The position numbers were made by a program, and so were the translations under genes. A DNA stretch of 61,712 nt, counting the filler. It is 6 parts of 6 records of this genome, joined end to end, with 100 filler letters (N's around TTAATTAATTAA, not from the genome) between each part and the next. Parts side by side here need not be neighbours in the genome. Positions count along the whole stretch, not along the records: positions 32,853 to 42,390 come from SRR2962707_4447; positions 42,491 to 61,712 come from SRR2962707_4448; 4 more parts are not named here. The stretch is one strand, 5' to 3'. The notes beneath the pieces are model-generated. The model worked only from the letters and a program-made list of their open reading frames with translations. It was not told the origin of the DNA and did no database searches. Positions 38,741 through 48,319 of this stretch are shown here, piece after piece (the stretch's first letter is position 1; the number at the start of each line of letters is the position of its first letter).

Positions 38741-40882
38741 TTACATTTTTTTCTTCGCCACGTCTGGGATAATGCCCATGTTGTACCACGCAAATGAATA
38801 CATGTCTGCGTTTAGCTCAATTCGTTTTTCAGTGGACATTCCAGCTCCATGTCCAGCTTTTGTCTCAATCCTGATAAGCAGAGGATTAGAATTATTTGGA
38901 TTCTTCTCCTGTAATGTGGCGGCATACTTAAAGGAGTGTGCAGGAACCACCCGATCATCGTGATCTGCAGTGGTGACCATCACCGCCGGATAATCCACAT
39001 CAGGCTGAATGTTATGGATAGGAGAGTAAGAGTACAGGTACTCAAACATTTCCTGACTGTCTTCGGAGGTGCCATAGTCTGCAGACCATGCCCTACCAAT
39101 GGTAAAATATTGATATCTGAGCATATCCATTACGCCAACCATAGGGAAAGCTACTTTAGCCAAGTCTGGTCTCATGTTAATAGTTGCGCCAATCAAAAGA
39201 CCTCCGTTTGAGCCACCTTGTAGAGCCAGGTAGTCCGATGAGGTGTAACCTTCATTGATCAAGTATTCTCCGGCGGCAATAAAATCATTAAATACATTGA
39301 CTTTCTGAAGCTTTGTGCCTGCCTTGTGCCATTCTTCGCCATATTCACCTCCGCCTCTGATATTAGGCATGGCAAATACACCACCATTTTCCAGCCATAC
39401 CAGTCTTGCGGTACTGAAAGAAGGTCTTAAGCTAATGTTGAAACCACCATAGGAATAAAGCCAGGTTGGATTCTTTCCATCCATTTTTAGTCCCTTCTTA
39501 TGAACTATGAACATGGGAACTTCTGTACCGTCTTTGCTTGTGTAGAAAATTTGTTTGGTCTCGTAATCATCCGGATTGAAATCAATTTCAGGTCTTCTAT
39601 GTAAAGTAGATTCTCCTGATTCAATGTTGTAGATGTAGACTGATGAAGGGGTAGTGAATGATGTGAAGTTGTAAAATAGCTCAGTGTCATCACGATCGCC
39701 GCCAAACCCACCAGCTGTACCTATGCCAGGCAACTCTACATCTCTGACCAGATTACCATCATAATCGTATTGTTTGATGGCTGTTTTAGCATCTATCAAA
39801 TAAGATGTGAAAATGTACCCTCCAGCGGTATTGGCATTCATTACATTCTCAGTTTCTGGCAGGAATTCCTTCCAATTATCTGAAGATGGATTGGCTGCAT
39901 TCACTTTTACCAGCTTATTATTTGGTGCATCAAGATTGGTATGAATGATTAGTTCATCACCAACATTATCAACCACATAATGATCATTTTCAAATCCTGT
40001 TATGATTGGGATGAATTTGGAATTGGCTTTTGAAAGATCTGTTACATAAAGCTCATTGCCGCTGGTTCCGGTATAGGAATAGATGAAAAGGAATCTTTCA
40101 TCCTCACTAACACCGGCACCAAATCGATTCTCAGGATTCTTAGGATTGGAATAAATCAACTTGTCAGCGCTCTGAGATGTTCCTATTTTGTGGTAATAGA
40201 CTTTTCCATATTGATTTGCGGCCGATAGTTCTGCTCCTTCTTTTGGTTCGTCAAACCGTTGGTAATAGAAGCCATCCTTGTACCAACTCATGCCTGAAAA
40301 TTTGATCCATTTGATTTCGTCTTCAAGCAGCTCTTTAGATGATACATCCATCACATAGGCTGTTCTCCAGTCTGAACCTCCTTCGGAAATGGAGTAAGAA
40401 ACATATTTCTTGTCGTTCGAAAAGCTCAGGCCTCCCAAAGCGGTAGTACCGTCATCGGAGAAGGTATTTGGATCAAGAAATACCTCCGGCTCATCATCAA
40501 AACTCTTGTATCTGAAAAGGACAGACTGGTTTTGTAGTCCATCATTTTTATAGAAATAATAGTAGTCACCTTGTTTAAATGGCGCACTTATTTTTTCATA
40601 GTCTTCCAATTCTGTTAACCTGGTCTTAACTACGTCTCTAAAATCAATATTGTCAAGGTAGGCATTGGTTACATCATTTTCTGATTTCACCCATTCAGCA
40701 GTTTGCTCCGAGTTGTCGTCTTCGAGCCAGCGATACGGGTCACTTACTTCTGTTCCGAAGTAATTTTCGACCGTATCGATTTTTGCGGTTTGAGGATAAT
40801 TGAGATTTGCTTCTGCAGGTTTTTCAGTCGTTTGACATGCCCAGAGAAGACTAATTGTCAATAAATAAGTTAATTTCTTCAT
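38741..40882 (-). CDS. Prolyl oligopeptidase (S9A), lipoprotein
   Basis: Lipobox LWAC, DPYRWLE, GGSNGG, DHDDRV, AGHGAG. Confidence 0.95.
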   Translation of the reverse strand: MKKLTYLLTISLLWACQTTEKPAEANLNYPQTAKIDTVENYFGTEVSDPYRWLEDDNSEQTAEWVKSENDVTNAYLDNIDFRDVVKTRLTELEDYEKISAPFKQGDYYYFYKNDGLQNQSVLFRYKSFDDEPEVFLDPNTFSDDGTTALGGLSFSNDKKYVSYSISEGGSDWRTAYVMDVSSKELLEDEIKWIKFSGMSWYKDGFYYQRFDEPKEGAELSAANQYGKVYYHKIGTSQSADKLIYSNPKNPENRFGAGVSEDERFLFIYSYTGTSGNELYVTDLSKANSKFIPIITGFENDHYVVDNVGDELIIHTNLDAPNNKLVKVNAANPSSDNWKEFLPETENVMNANTAGGYIFTSYLIDAKTAIKQYDYDGNLVRDVELPGIGTAGGFGGDRDDTELFYNFTSFTTPSSVYIYNIESGESTLHRRPEIDFNPDDYETKQIFYTSKDGTEVPMFIVHKKGLKMDGKNPTWLYSYGGFNISLRPSFSTARLVWLENGGVFAMPNIRGGGEYGEEWHKAGTKLQKVNVFNDFIAAGEYLINEGYTSSDYLALQGGSNGGLLIGATINMRPDLAKVAFPMVGVMDMLRYQYFTIGRAWSADYGTSEDSQEMFEYLYSYSPIHNIQPDVDYPAVMVTTADHDDRVVPAHSFKYAATLQEKNPNNSNPLLIRIETKAGHGAGMSTEKRIELNADMYSFAWYNMGIIPDVAKKKM

Positions 40883-40970
40883 GATTTAAATGGTTTAAGT
40901 AGTCCATGCTGATACCATGAAGATAAATAAGCTTTTTCGAAGCTCACAATCGCTTTACATAAGAGGTAAC

Positions 40971-42251
40971 TTATTTCCTTATCTCAGAAAATCCAAGGTA
41001 CGAATGAAGCACTTCCGGCATTTTAATGTGATCAGCTTCCTGGTAATTTTCCAGGATGGCTGCCATGATTCGTGGAAGAGCAAGCGCACTTCCATTTAGT
41101 GTGTGCGCCAGTGCTTTTTTTCCATCTGAATTCTTAATTCTGAGCTTAAGCCTATTGGCCTGGAAGGTTTCAAAGTTGGAAACGGAACTTACCTCCAGCC
41201 ATTTTTCCTGAGCGGCAGAATACACCTCAAAATCATAAGTAAGAGCCGAGGTAAACCCTAGATCTCCAGCGCAGAGTCTTAATATCCTGTACGGAAGTCC
41301 CAGAGACTTAATCAATTGCTCTACGTGGGCGACCATCTCATCCAACACATGGTATGAATGCTCAGGTTTCACCACTTGTACCACCTCCACTTTATCAAAT
41401 TGATGTAGTCTGTTCAGTCCTCTGACATGCGCCCCCCAAGAACCAGCTTCACGGCGGAAGCACGGTGTGTGTCCTGCATTTTTAATCGGTAATTGATCTT
41501 CCGTTAGGATGGTATCACGATAAATATTTGTGATTGGCACCTCGGCAGTTGGGATCATGTATAGGTTGTCAGCTGTCATATGATACATCTGACCTTCCTT
41601 GTCAGGGAGTTGGCCAGTGCCTATTCCTGAAGCTTCGTTTATCACAATTGGGGGTTGAATTTCGTAATACCCTGCTTCTACGGCTTGATTGAGAAAGTAA
41701 TTGATTAAACCTCTTACTAGCCTGGCGCCTTGTCCTTTGTAAAAAGGAAAACCTGCTCCGGTCACTTTATTACCTAGTTCGAAATCAATAATGTCATACT
41801 CTTCAATCAACTCCCAGTGTGGTTTTTTGCTATTCTTAAGTTCCGGGATTGCCCCATCTTCAAGCTTAACAACCTCATTGTCCTCTTCTGATTTACCTGC
41901 AGGAACACTTTCATGAGGGATATTTGGAAGATTATAGAGCTTTTGAATGAGGAGCTCTTCCTTCTGATTTAAGGTCTCATTGAGTTTTTTGCTATCCTCT
42001 TTTAAGCTTGCCGTTTTCATTTTGGCTGTCTCAGCTTCCTCCTTCTTTCCTTGCTGGAATAATTGGCCTATTTCTTTTGATAACTTGTTGGATTCATGCA
42101 GGATGGCATCTAATTCTCCCTGAATTTTTTTTCGGTCGGCATCTATTTCAACAACTTCTTTTAAAAGCACTTCGGCATCCTTGATTCCTCTTTTAAGGAG
42201 ACCAGCCACACATTTATCAAAGTCATTTTCAATCGTAGAAATAAGCAACAT
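40971..42251 (-). CDS. serS: Serine--tRNA ligase
   Basis: GTGQLP, IPTAEVP, CFRREAGS, RLHQFDKVE, EVSSVSN, HTLNGSALA. Confidence 0.97.
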   Translation of the reverse strand: MLLISTIENDFDKCVAGLLKRGIKDAEVLLKEVVEIDADRKKIQGELDAILHESNKLSKEIGQLFQQGKKEEAETAKMKTASLKEDSKKLNETLNQKEELLIQKLYNLPNIPHESVPAGKSEEDNEVVKLEDGAIPELKNSKKPHWELIEEYDIIDFELGNKVTGAGFPFYKGQGARLVRGLINYFLNQAVEAGYYEIQPPIVINEASGIGTGQLPDKEGQMYHMTADNLYMIPTAEVPITNIYRDTILTEDQLPIKNAGHTPCFRREAGSWGAHVRGLNRLHQFDKVEVVQVVKPEHSYHVLDEMVAHVEQLIKSLGLPYRILRLCAGDLGFTSALTYDFEVYSAAQEKWLEVSSVSNFETFQANRLKLRIKNSDGKKALAHTLNGSALALPRIMAAILENYQEADHIKMPEVLHSYLGFSEIRK

Positions 42252-42390
42252 CAGTTCATCAATTTTTGAGTTGGCAAAGAAAAATGATTTCTACTCAAAA
42301 AGTGTCCTAATGAATGATTTAGTAATTTTTTTAGTTGTGTTTGTGAAATATGAGCCAATAGTCTATTATTGCGAAGCAATCCACGAAAAA

Positions 42391-42490
42391 NNNNNNNNNN
42401 NNNNNNNNNNNNNNNNNNNNNNNNNNNNNNNNNNTTAATTAATTAANNNNNNNNNNNNNNNNNNNNNNNNNNNNNNNNNNNNNNNNNNNN
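42391..42490. other. Artificial contig spacer
   Basis: N-run, TTAATTAATTAA, N-run. Confidence 0.97.
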
Positions 42491-42533
42491 CTGTCTGCCC
42501 CCAAACCCCCGAGGATATTTTACGCCAAAAGAT
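42491..42533 (-). repeat. Partial copy of a G/C-run palindromic intergenic repeat
   Basis: Reverse complement ATCTTTTGGCGTAAAATATCCTCGGGGGTTTGGGGGCAGACAG parallels the element at 46045-46093; the contig breaks here. Confidence 0.55.
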
Positions 42534-42584
42534 ATTGGCGGTTAAGCGGGCGTGGCTAGTCCGTTTGTTTAGGTGTGGCGCGGT

Positions 42585-43886
42585 TTACCTTTCAGGCAGC
42601 AAGCCGCGCGGACTGAACCGCAGAACCACCAAAAGGATGACCCCCATGCTCAGGAGACGCATATGTTGCACACTGTCCAGAAGATGTGTTTTCAGTGCAG
42701 ATCCATCGGTCATTCCGGATGTGATCACTGACATAGCAAATTGTCCGATGGGTTCGACCTGCACCCAAAGGAACCAGATGACAAAGCCTCCGAGCACAGC
42801 GCCGAGATTGTTTCCCGAGCCGCCAACAATCACCATGACCCAGATTAGAAAAGTATAGCGCAGCGGTTGATATGTCCCCGGGGTAAGCTGCCCGTCGAGG
42901 GTTGTCATCATGGCGCCTGCGATGCCACAAATCGCGGAGCCAAGAACAAAGATCTGCAAGTGACGTTTGGTGACGTCCTTACCCATCGCTTTGGCGGCCA
43001 CTTCATTGTCGCGTATGGCCCGCATCATACGTCCCCAGGGGGATTTCAGCGCAAATTGAGCAAGTACCAGCAGGATAACCAATACGATGGCGAACATAAC
43101 ACCATAGCCCAGTTTGACATATAACGTCGATGCCATGGTTGGATCTAACCCTAACCCTGTGGCCTTTTCCACAAAATCAGCGTCGCCTTGCAGATCAACT
43201 TCGTATGGCATGGGACGGGGAAGGCCAATGACGTTCTTGACGCCTCGCGCCAGCCAATCTTCGTTCTTCAACACGGCAATAATGATTTCGGCAATGCCAA
43301 GCGTGGCAATCGCCAAATAATCAGAGCGCAGGCCCAGCGCCGTTTTGCCAATCAGCCAAGCGGCGCCAGCGGCCAAAACCCCACCAACAGGCCAGGCGAA
43401 AAGAACCGGCAAACCCAAGCCGCCCAAATAGCCTGTCGCGGCGGGATTGACCGCCTCCACCTGAGACACGCCCGGATCAAAAACCGCCCTGAACAGGAAA
43501 AATCCAGCAATCAAGACAGCTGCTGTAACCCAGCCCCGCCAGCGTTTAGGCGCGCGGGCATAGATCAAGATCGCCGCCGCGATCGTTGCTGCGCCAAAGA
43601 CCAAGCCTGTCACAACCCTTAGCCCGCCCGCGGACCAGGCCTCTGTCACTGGGGGTTGCGAGACGAGGACAACTGCCAGGCCGCCCAAAGCAACAAAGCC
43701 CATTACGCCGACGTTAAACAAGCCTGCAAAGCCCCATTGAAGATTGACACCCAGCGCCATGACCGCGCTGACAAGCCCCATGTTCAGGATGAGTAGGGCA
43801 AGGTTCCAGCCCTGGAGAAACCCTGTTCCCAGGATCAGGAGAGCAACAACCACAAAGGAAAGTGATGTTTTGAGGTTCTCACTCAT
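42585..43886 (-). CDS. Branched-chain amino-acid ABC permease (LivM-like)
   Basis: GVNLQWGFAGLFN, LRSDYLAIATL, SPWGR..RAIRDNE, VGGSGN. Confidence 0.92.
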   Translation of the reverse strand: MSENLKTSLSFVVVALLILGTGFLQGWNLALLILNMGLVSAVMALGVNLQWGFAGLFNVGVMGFVALGGLAVVLVSQPPVTEAWSAGGLRVVTGLVFGAATIAAAILIYARAPKRWRGWVTAAVLIAGFFLFRAVFDPGVSQVEAVNPAATGYLGGLGLPVLFAWPVGGVLAAGAAWLIGKTALGLRSDYLAIATLGIAEIIIAVLKNEDWLARGVKNVIGLPRPMPYEVDLQGDADFVEKATGLGLDPTMASTLYVKLGYGVMFAIVLVILLVLAQFALKSPWGRMMRAIRDNEVAAKAMGKDVTKRHLQIFVLGSAICGIAGAMMTTLDGQLTPGTYQPLRYTFLIWVMVIVGGSGNNLGAVLGGFVIWFLWVQVEPIGQFAMSVITSGMTDGSALKTHLLDSVQHMRLLSMGVILLVVLRFSPRGLLPER

Positions 43887-44893
43887 ACCGATTTCCCCCG
43901 GAAAAGCCCTGTTGGCCGAAACAGCAATACGATGATCAAAATGACAAAACTGACGGCAAATTTGTAATCCGTGCTCAACAGCTGAACGAGACTTGAGGGT
44001 TCCAGACTATCAGGCAGCGCATAGACCAGCACTTTCTTCCAGGCATAGGTGATCCCAACCTCGGAAAAGGCAATGACAAACCCCCCGGCAATCGCGCCCA
44101 AGGGACTGCCAAGCCCGCCCACAATCGCCGCTGCAAAGATCGGCAACAGCAATTGAAAGAAGGTGAAGGGTTTAAAGCTTTTGTCCAAGCCGTATAACGT
44201 GCCCGCAATGGTCGCGAGCGCGGCCACTATCAGCCAGGTCACCAGCACAACACGTTCCGGATTAATTCCGGACAGCAGCGCCAGATCTTCGTTATCAGAA
44301 TATGCCCGCATCGATTTGCCCGTGCGTGTGCGGTTCAGAAACCAAAACAACAGAGCAACCACGACAACTGCCGTCACAACGGTTAACGCTTGCGTGGTAC
44401 GGATCGACAAGCCTTCGCTGAGGCCTGTCATAGATTTGAAGTCTCGTGCCGACATGAGAAACCGCGTCCCATCGGCAAAACGCTGATCACCGGGCCCAAT
44501 GACAAATCGGGTTAGGCCGTTGTAAACAAACATGACGCCCATAGAGACAATCACAAGGATCACCGGTTTTGCCTTTTGGGCTCGATAAAACCGATACACC
44601 ACCCTGTCTGTCGCCAAAACCAATGCCGCCGCAAATGCAATTCCAAACGGGATCGCCAATAGCGCTGTCGGCAAGGGACCCAAACTGATCCCCCATGATT
44701 GAAAAAGCCAGGTACACAGGACAACACCCATCGTGCCCCAAGCCATCGTGTCACCATGGGCAAAATTGGAAAACCGAAGGATGCCGTAAATTAGCGTCAC
44801 GCCCAGCGCGCCAAGCGCCAGCTGACTGCCATAGGTGATTGCGGGTATCAGCACATAGTTTGACAGAGCCACTATTGCGTTCAAAAGATCCAT
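43883..44893 (-). CDS. Branched-chain amino-acid ABC permease (LivH-like)
   Basis: GVTLIYGILRFSNFAHGD, TRTGKSMRA, GGLGSP, RPTGLF. Confidence 0.92.
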   Translation of the reverse strand: MDLLNAIVALSNYVLIPAITYGSQLALGALGVTLIYGILRFSNFAHGDTMAWGTMGVVLCTWLFQSWGISLGPLPTALLAIPFGIAFAAALVLATDRVVYRFYRAQKAKPVILVIVSMGVMFVYNGLTRFVIGPGDQRFADGTRFLMSARDFKSMTGLSEGLSIRTTQALTVVTAVVVVALLFWFLNRTRTGKSMRAYSDNEDLALLSGINPERVVLVTWLIVAALATIAGTLYGLDKSFKPFTFFQLLLPIFAAAIVGGLGSPLGAIAGGFVIAFSEVGITYAWKKVLVYALPDSLEPSSLVQLLSTDYKFAVSFVILIIVLLFRPTGLFRGKSV

Positions 44894-45321
44894 CAGCTGC
44901 ACATCCCGCTATAGCTTACCATCATGGGGCCGTCGACATAATGCACGCTGTAGCGCGCCTGGCCATTCTTTGCGATCGTCAGTAAGTGCCGGGCGGAGAA
45001 TTCTCCGCCGGACAGCGACGTGGCCCCGGCCTGCGTCACCCCCAAAAGTTCGATATCACCGGACTCGCTGCTCAATGTCGCCCCGACCACCATCATCTCT
45101 GTATCCAGACCACCAGAGCGTCCGGTAAGATCAAACGCAAACGCGGTCTCTGCGCACAGTTCTGTGTCAAAACACTCCGTCTGAAATTGACAGCTCAAAG
45201 CGACATCTGATTTTACAGGGGCTGTCTCAATTGTGAACCCGCCCTCATTCTGGGCGAAGCCCGGACTGGCACCAAATGATATCAGCATTGCAATCCCTAT
45301 CGTAAAAGACCGCATGCTCAT
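44893..45321 (-). CDS. Secreted hypothetical protein embedded in the ABC operon
   Basis: Signal peptide, Cys pattern C....EC.....C..C; start and stop overlap both neighbours. Confidence 0.7.
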   Translation of the reverse strand: MSMRSFTIGIAMLISFGASPGFAQNEGGFTIETAPVKSDVALSCQFQTECFDTELCAETAFAFDLTGRSGGLDTEMMVVGATLSSESGDIELLGVTQAGATSLSGGEFSARHLLTIAKNGQARYSVHYVDGPMMVSYSGMCS

Positions 45322-46031
45322 CCCCCCAAAAAGCTCTTGCGAACGTCAGGGTCCGCCAAAAGCTCTTGGCCCGTGCCAGTAAACGCGTTGCTGCCTTGCA
45401 CAAGAACATAGCCCTTATGGGCAATTTCCAGCGCTTGCCGTGCGTTTTGCTCGACCATTAAAATTGAAATGCCAGCCCGCGCGACTTCAATAATCCGGTC
45501 AAACAGCTCATCCATAACGATCGGCGACACACCCGCAGTGGGTTCATCAAGCATCAGGACCTTAGGCTGGGTCATTAAAGCCCGTCCAACAGCCACTTGC
45601 TGACGCTGACCGCCCGACAATTCGCCAGCTGCTTGCAGGCGTTTCTCTTTCAGGATTGGAAACAAATCATAGACCTGTGCCATTGTATCGGAAAAATCGT
45701 CCAGCCGTGTATAGGCGCCCATCTCAAGATTTTCTTCCACCGTCATCGACGTGAAAATATTGTGGGTCTGCGGGACAAAGCCCATTCCCTTGCCAACCCG
45801 ATCCTGTGGCGTCAGCGCTGTAATGTCTTCTCCATCCAGACGCACCGCACCTTGACGTACATCCAACATACCAAAGACAGCTTTCATCGCCGTAGATTTC
45901 CCAGCCCCGTTTGGCCCGACAATCACGGCAATTTCACCCCGTTCAACAGCCAACGTGCAGCCATGCAGAATATCCGCACCGCGCCCATAACCGCCGGTCA
46001 TATTCTCTCCAATCAGAAAAGGCTCACCCAT
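45318..46031 (-). CDS. ABC transporter ATP-binding protein (LivF-like)
   Basis: GPNGAGKST, LSGGQRQ, LDEP, VEQN; start MGEPF at 46031. Confidence 0.93.
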   Translation of the reverse strand: MGEPFLIGENMTGGYGRGADILHGCTLAVERGEIAVIVGPNGAGKSTAMKAVFGMLDVRQGAVRLDGEDITALTPQDRVGKGMGFVPQTHNIFTSMTVEENLEMGAYTRLDDFSDTMAQVYDLFPILKEKRLQAAGELSGGQRQQVAVGRALMTQPKVLMLDEPTAGVSPIVMDELFDRIIEVARAGISILMVEQNARQALEIAHKGYVLVQGSNAFTGTGQELLADPDVRKSFLGG

Positions 46032-46044
46032 AGATCGGCGCCCC

Positions 46045-46093
46045 TTCATCTTTCCGGACAATACTCCGGGGGGTGCGGGGGGCTGGCCCCCCG
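46045..46093 (+). repeat. G/C-run palindromic intergenic repeat (REP/RPE-like) between the two ATPase genes
   Basis: TTCATCTTTCCGGACAATACTCCGGGGGGTGCGGGGGGCTGGCCCCCCG with hairpin CGGGGGGC-TG-GCCCCCCG. Confidence 0.6.
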
Positions 46094-46109
46094 TGGCAGT
46101 TCAAAACCA

Positions 46110-46886
46110 TCACGCCGGCTCCTTATTCTTTAAACCGGTGCCGAGATAGGCTTCGATCACTTGCTCATTGGATTTGATTTGCTCAATTGTACCTTCGGCG
46201 AGAACTTTACCTTCTGCCATGACGATCACGGGGTCACACAACCGACCGATAAACTCCATGTCATGCTCAATCATACAAAACGTATAGCCGCGCTCTTGGT
46301 TCAGCCGCAGAATCGCATCCCCAATGGTGTTGAGCAATGTTCGGTTTACGCCAGCGCCAACCTCATCCAGAAACACGATCTTGGCGTCCACCATCATGGT
46401 GCGCCCCAGTTCCAAAAGCTTTTTTTGCCCACCAGACAGGTTCCCGGCTTTCTCGTCTTTCAGATGCGATATTGTTAAAAAGTCCAAGACCTCATCGGCC
46501 TTTTTCAACAAAGCCGCTTCTTCTTCAGCGATCCGGCCCCGGGCGAACCAGGCATTCCACAGGGTTTCCCCGGATTGCGCGCCGGGTACCATCATGAGGT
46601 TTTCACGGCAGGACATAGAGCCAAATTCATGGGCAATTTGAAACGTCCGCAACAAGCCTTTGTGAAACAGCTCGTGGGGTGCCAACCCGGTGATATCTTC
46701 GCCATCCATATAGACCTGACCCGAGGTCGGCGGCAGCGCGCCGGCAATCACATTAAACAGCGTGGTTTTGCCCGCGCCATTTGGCCCAACAAGGCCCGTG
46801 ATCGAGCCGGTGGCAATTTCGAGGCTTGCGCCGTCCACAGCCCGAAATCCGCCGAAGTGGCGGTGAAGGTTTTCTACCCGGATCAC
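46110..46886 (-). CDS. ABC transporter ATP-binding protein (LivG-like)
   Basis: FGGF.AVD, GPNGAGKTT, RTFQ, LSGGQ, IEHDM, VIEAYLG. Confidence 0.93.
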   Translation of the reverse strand: MIRVENLHRHFGGFRAVDGASLEIATGSITGLVGPNGAGKTTLFNVIAGALPPTSGQVYMDGEDITGLAPHELFHKGLLRTFQIAHEFGSMSCRENLMMVPGAQSGETLWNAWFARGRIAEEEAALLKKADEVLDFLTISHLKDEKAGNLSGGQKKLLELGRTMMVDAKIVFLDEVGAGVNRTLLNTIGDAILRLNQERGYTFCMIEHDMEFIGRLCDPVIVMAEGKVLAEGTIEQIKSNEQVIEAYLGTGLKNKEPA

Positions 46887-46932
46887 AGCAATATCCCAAA
46901 AATCAGCGTTTTTTGCGCTTGTTATCTTGTTG

Positions 46933-46958
46933 AAACAGCCCGGTGACCCGGGCTGTTT
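46933..46958. terminator. Stem-loop after the substrate-binding gene (terminator or mRNA stabiliser)
   Basis: AAACAGCCCGG-TGAC-CCGGGCTGTTT. Confidence 0.6.
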
Positions 46959-46977
46959 ACGACTTTAGGCTTATATT

Positions 46978-48174
46978 CTAGCGGAAGTCGATGGTTTCCA
47001 CTGCGGTGCCCGAGAACTTATAGTTCCGGTAGGTTCCCGCAGCTTCACCTGGTCCAATCAGCTCTACGTTGGTGGCCCCAACATAATCGATTTCGCCACC
47101 GGCGGCCAAAATCTCAAACGCCTTTCCCAATTCACCGGGAAGGATTTTCTCTCCGGGGGCATTGGCAACGTTCAACACGTTATTGGTGACGGCGTCAGAA
47201 GTGGCTGCACCGCCCGCCATCATTGCAAGGGTGATCAGCGCCGCTGCGTCATAGCTTTCACGGGTATAAACACTGGCACCGTCAACGCCGGCCGCTGTCG
47301 CCAGCTCACCGAACAGATCAGCACCTTCGCCCTGCGACCATGGAACCACGCCCAAAGTGCCCTCAAGATCAGCGCCCATTTCTTCAAAGATCAGATCGCC
47401 ATACATGCCGTCACCGAACAAGAAGGTGTCAAACGCACCTGTGTCCAAAGATGCTTGGATGATGCCTTTACCGCCTTGATCCGTATAGCCTAGAACAACC
47501 AGCAATTCGCCGCCAGCGGAGGCGAGCGCTCCGATCTCGGCGGAATAATCTGCCTTGCCATCTTCATGGGGCGCGTTCAGCGTGACTGTGCCGCCATTTG
47601 CGGTGAACGCCGAAATGAAGCTGTCCGACAATCCCTTACCGTAGTCATTGTTGGTGTAGGTCACAGCAACTTCTGTGATCCCTTCGTCCGCCATTACACT
47701 GGCCAGAACCTCGCCCTGACGCGCATCGGATGGCGATGTACGGAAGAACAGGCCGTTGTCTTCTGCTGTCGATAGCGCTGGCGATGTCGCCGAAGGAGAG
47801 ATCATAGGAATGCCGTTGGGAACCGCGACATTCGACAAGATCGCGCCTGTGACGCCAGAACAATCTGACCCCATAATTGCGACGATACCATCTGAGTTGA
47901 TCAAGCGTTCTGCGCCAGCCGTCGCCGCAGCGGAATCGATACAGGTCGAATCTGCACGCACAGGAACAATTGTAACACCATCAAGGAATTTACCTGAAGC
48001 ATTGGCCTCCGCAAAAGCCATCTCAGCGCTTGCCCCCATGGCGGGTGTTAACGATTCAATTGGCCCCGTATAACCAAGGATCACACCGATTTTCACTTCG
48101 CTTGCATGGCTACCTGCAAAAGCCGTTCCAGCCATAAGCGCACTTGCCGCTGTCATCATTACAAATTTGTTCAT
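46978..48174 (-). CDS. Liv-type ABC transporter substrate-binding protein
   Basis: Signal peptide, GYTGP, ISPSATSP, FFRTSPSD, NNDYG; GGGAGAG RBS. Confidence 0.92.
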   Translation of the reverse strand: MNKFVMMTAASALMAGTAFAGSHASEVKIGVILGYTGPIESLTPAMGASAEMAFAEANASGKFLDGVTIVPVRADSTCIDSAAATAGAERLINSDGIVAIMGSDCSGVTGAILSNVAVPNGIPMISPSATSPALSTAEDNGLFFRTSPSDARQGEVLASVMADEGITEVAVTYTNNDYGKGLSDSFISAFTANGGTVTLNAPHEDGKADYSAEIGALASAGGELLVVLGYTDQGGKGIIQASLDTGAFDTFLFGDGMYGDLIFEEMGADLEGTLGVVPWSQGEGADLFGELATAAGVDGASVYTRESYDAAALITLAMMAGGAATSDAVTNNVLNVANAPGEKILPGELGKAFEILAAGGEIDYVGATNVELIGPGEAAGTYRNYKFSGTAVETIDFR

Positions 48175-48319
48175 ATTTATTCTCTCCCGGTTGGCGAATT
48201 GTTCGCTCTGATGAAATCCTAAGCAGGGTTTGATCAAAAGGAAACCCTGCTCAAAAGGCTAGGACCGGGATATTGAGATGACCCTGCGTCGTCCTATATT
48301 GTTCTCCAGGAGGCCCTAA

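Noticed and set aside
32853-42390. AT-rich carotenoid block as a horizontally acquired island
   Set aside because: Bounded by artificial spacers and contains housekeeping serS; simply a contig from another organism.
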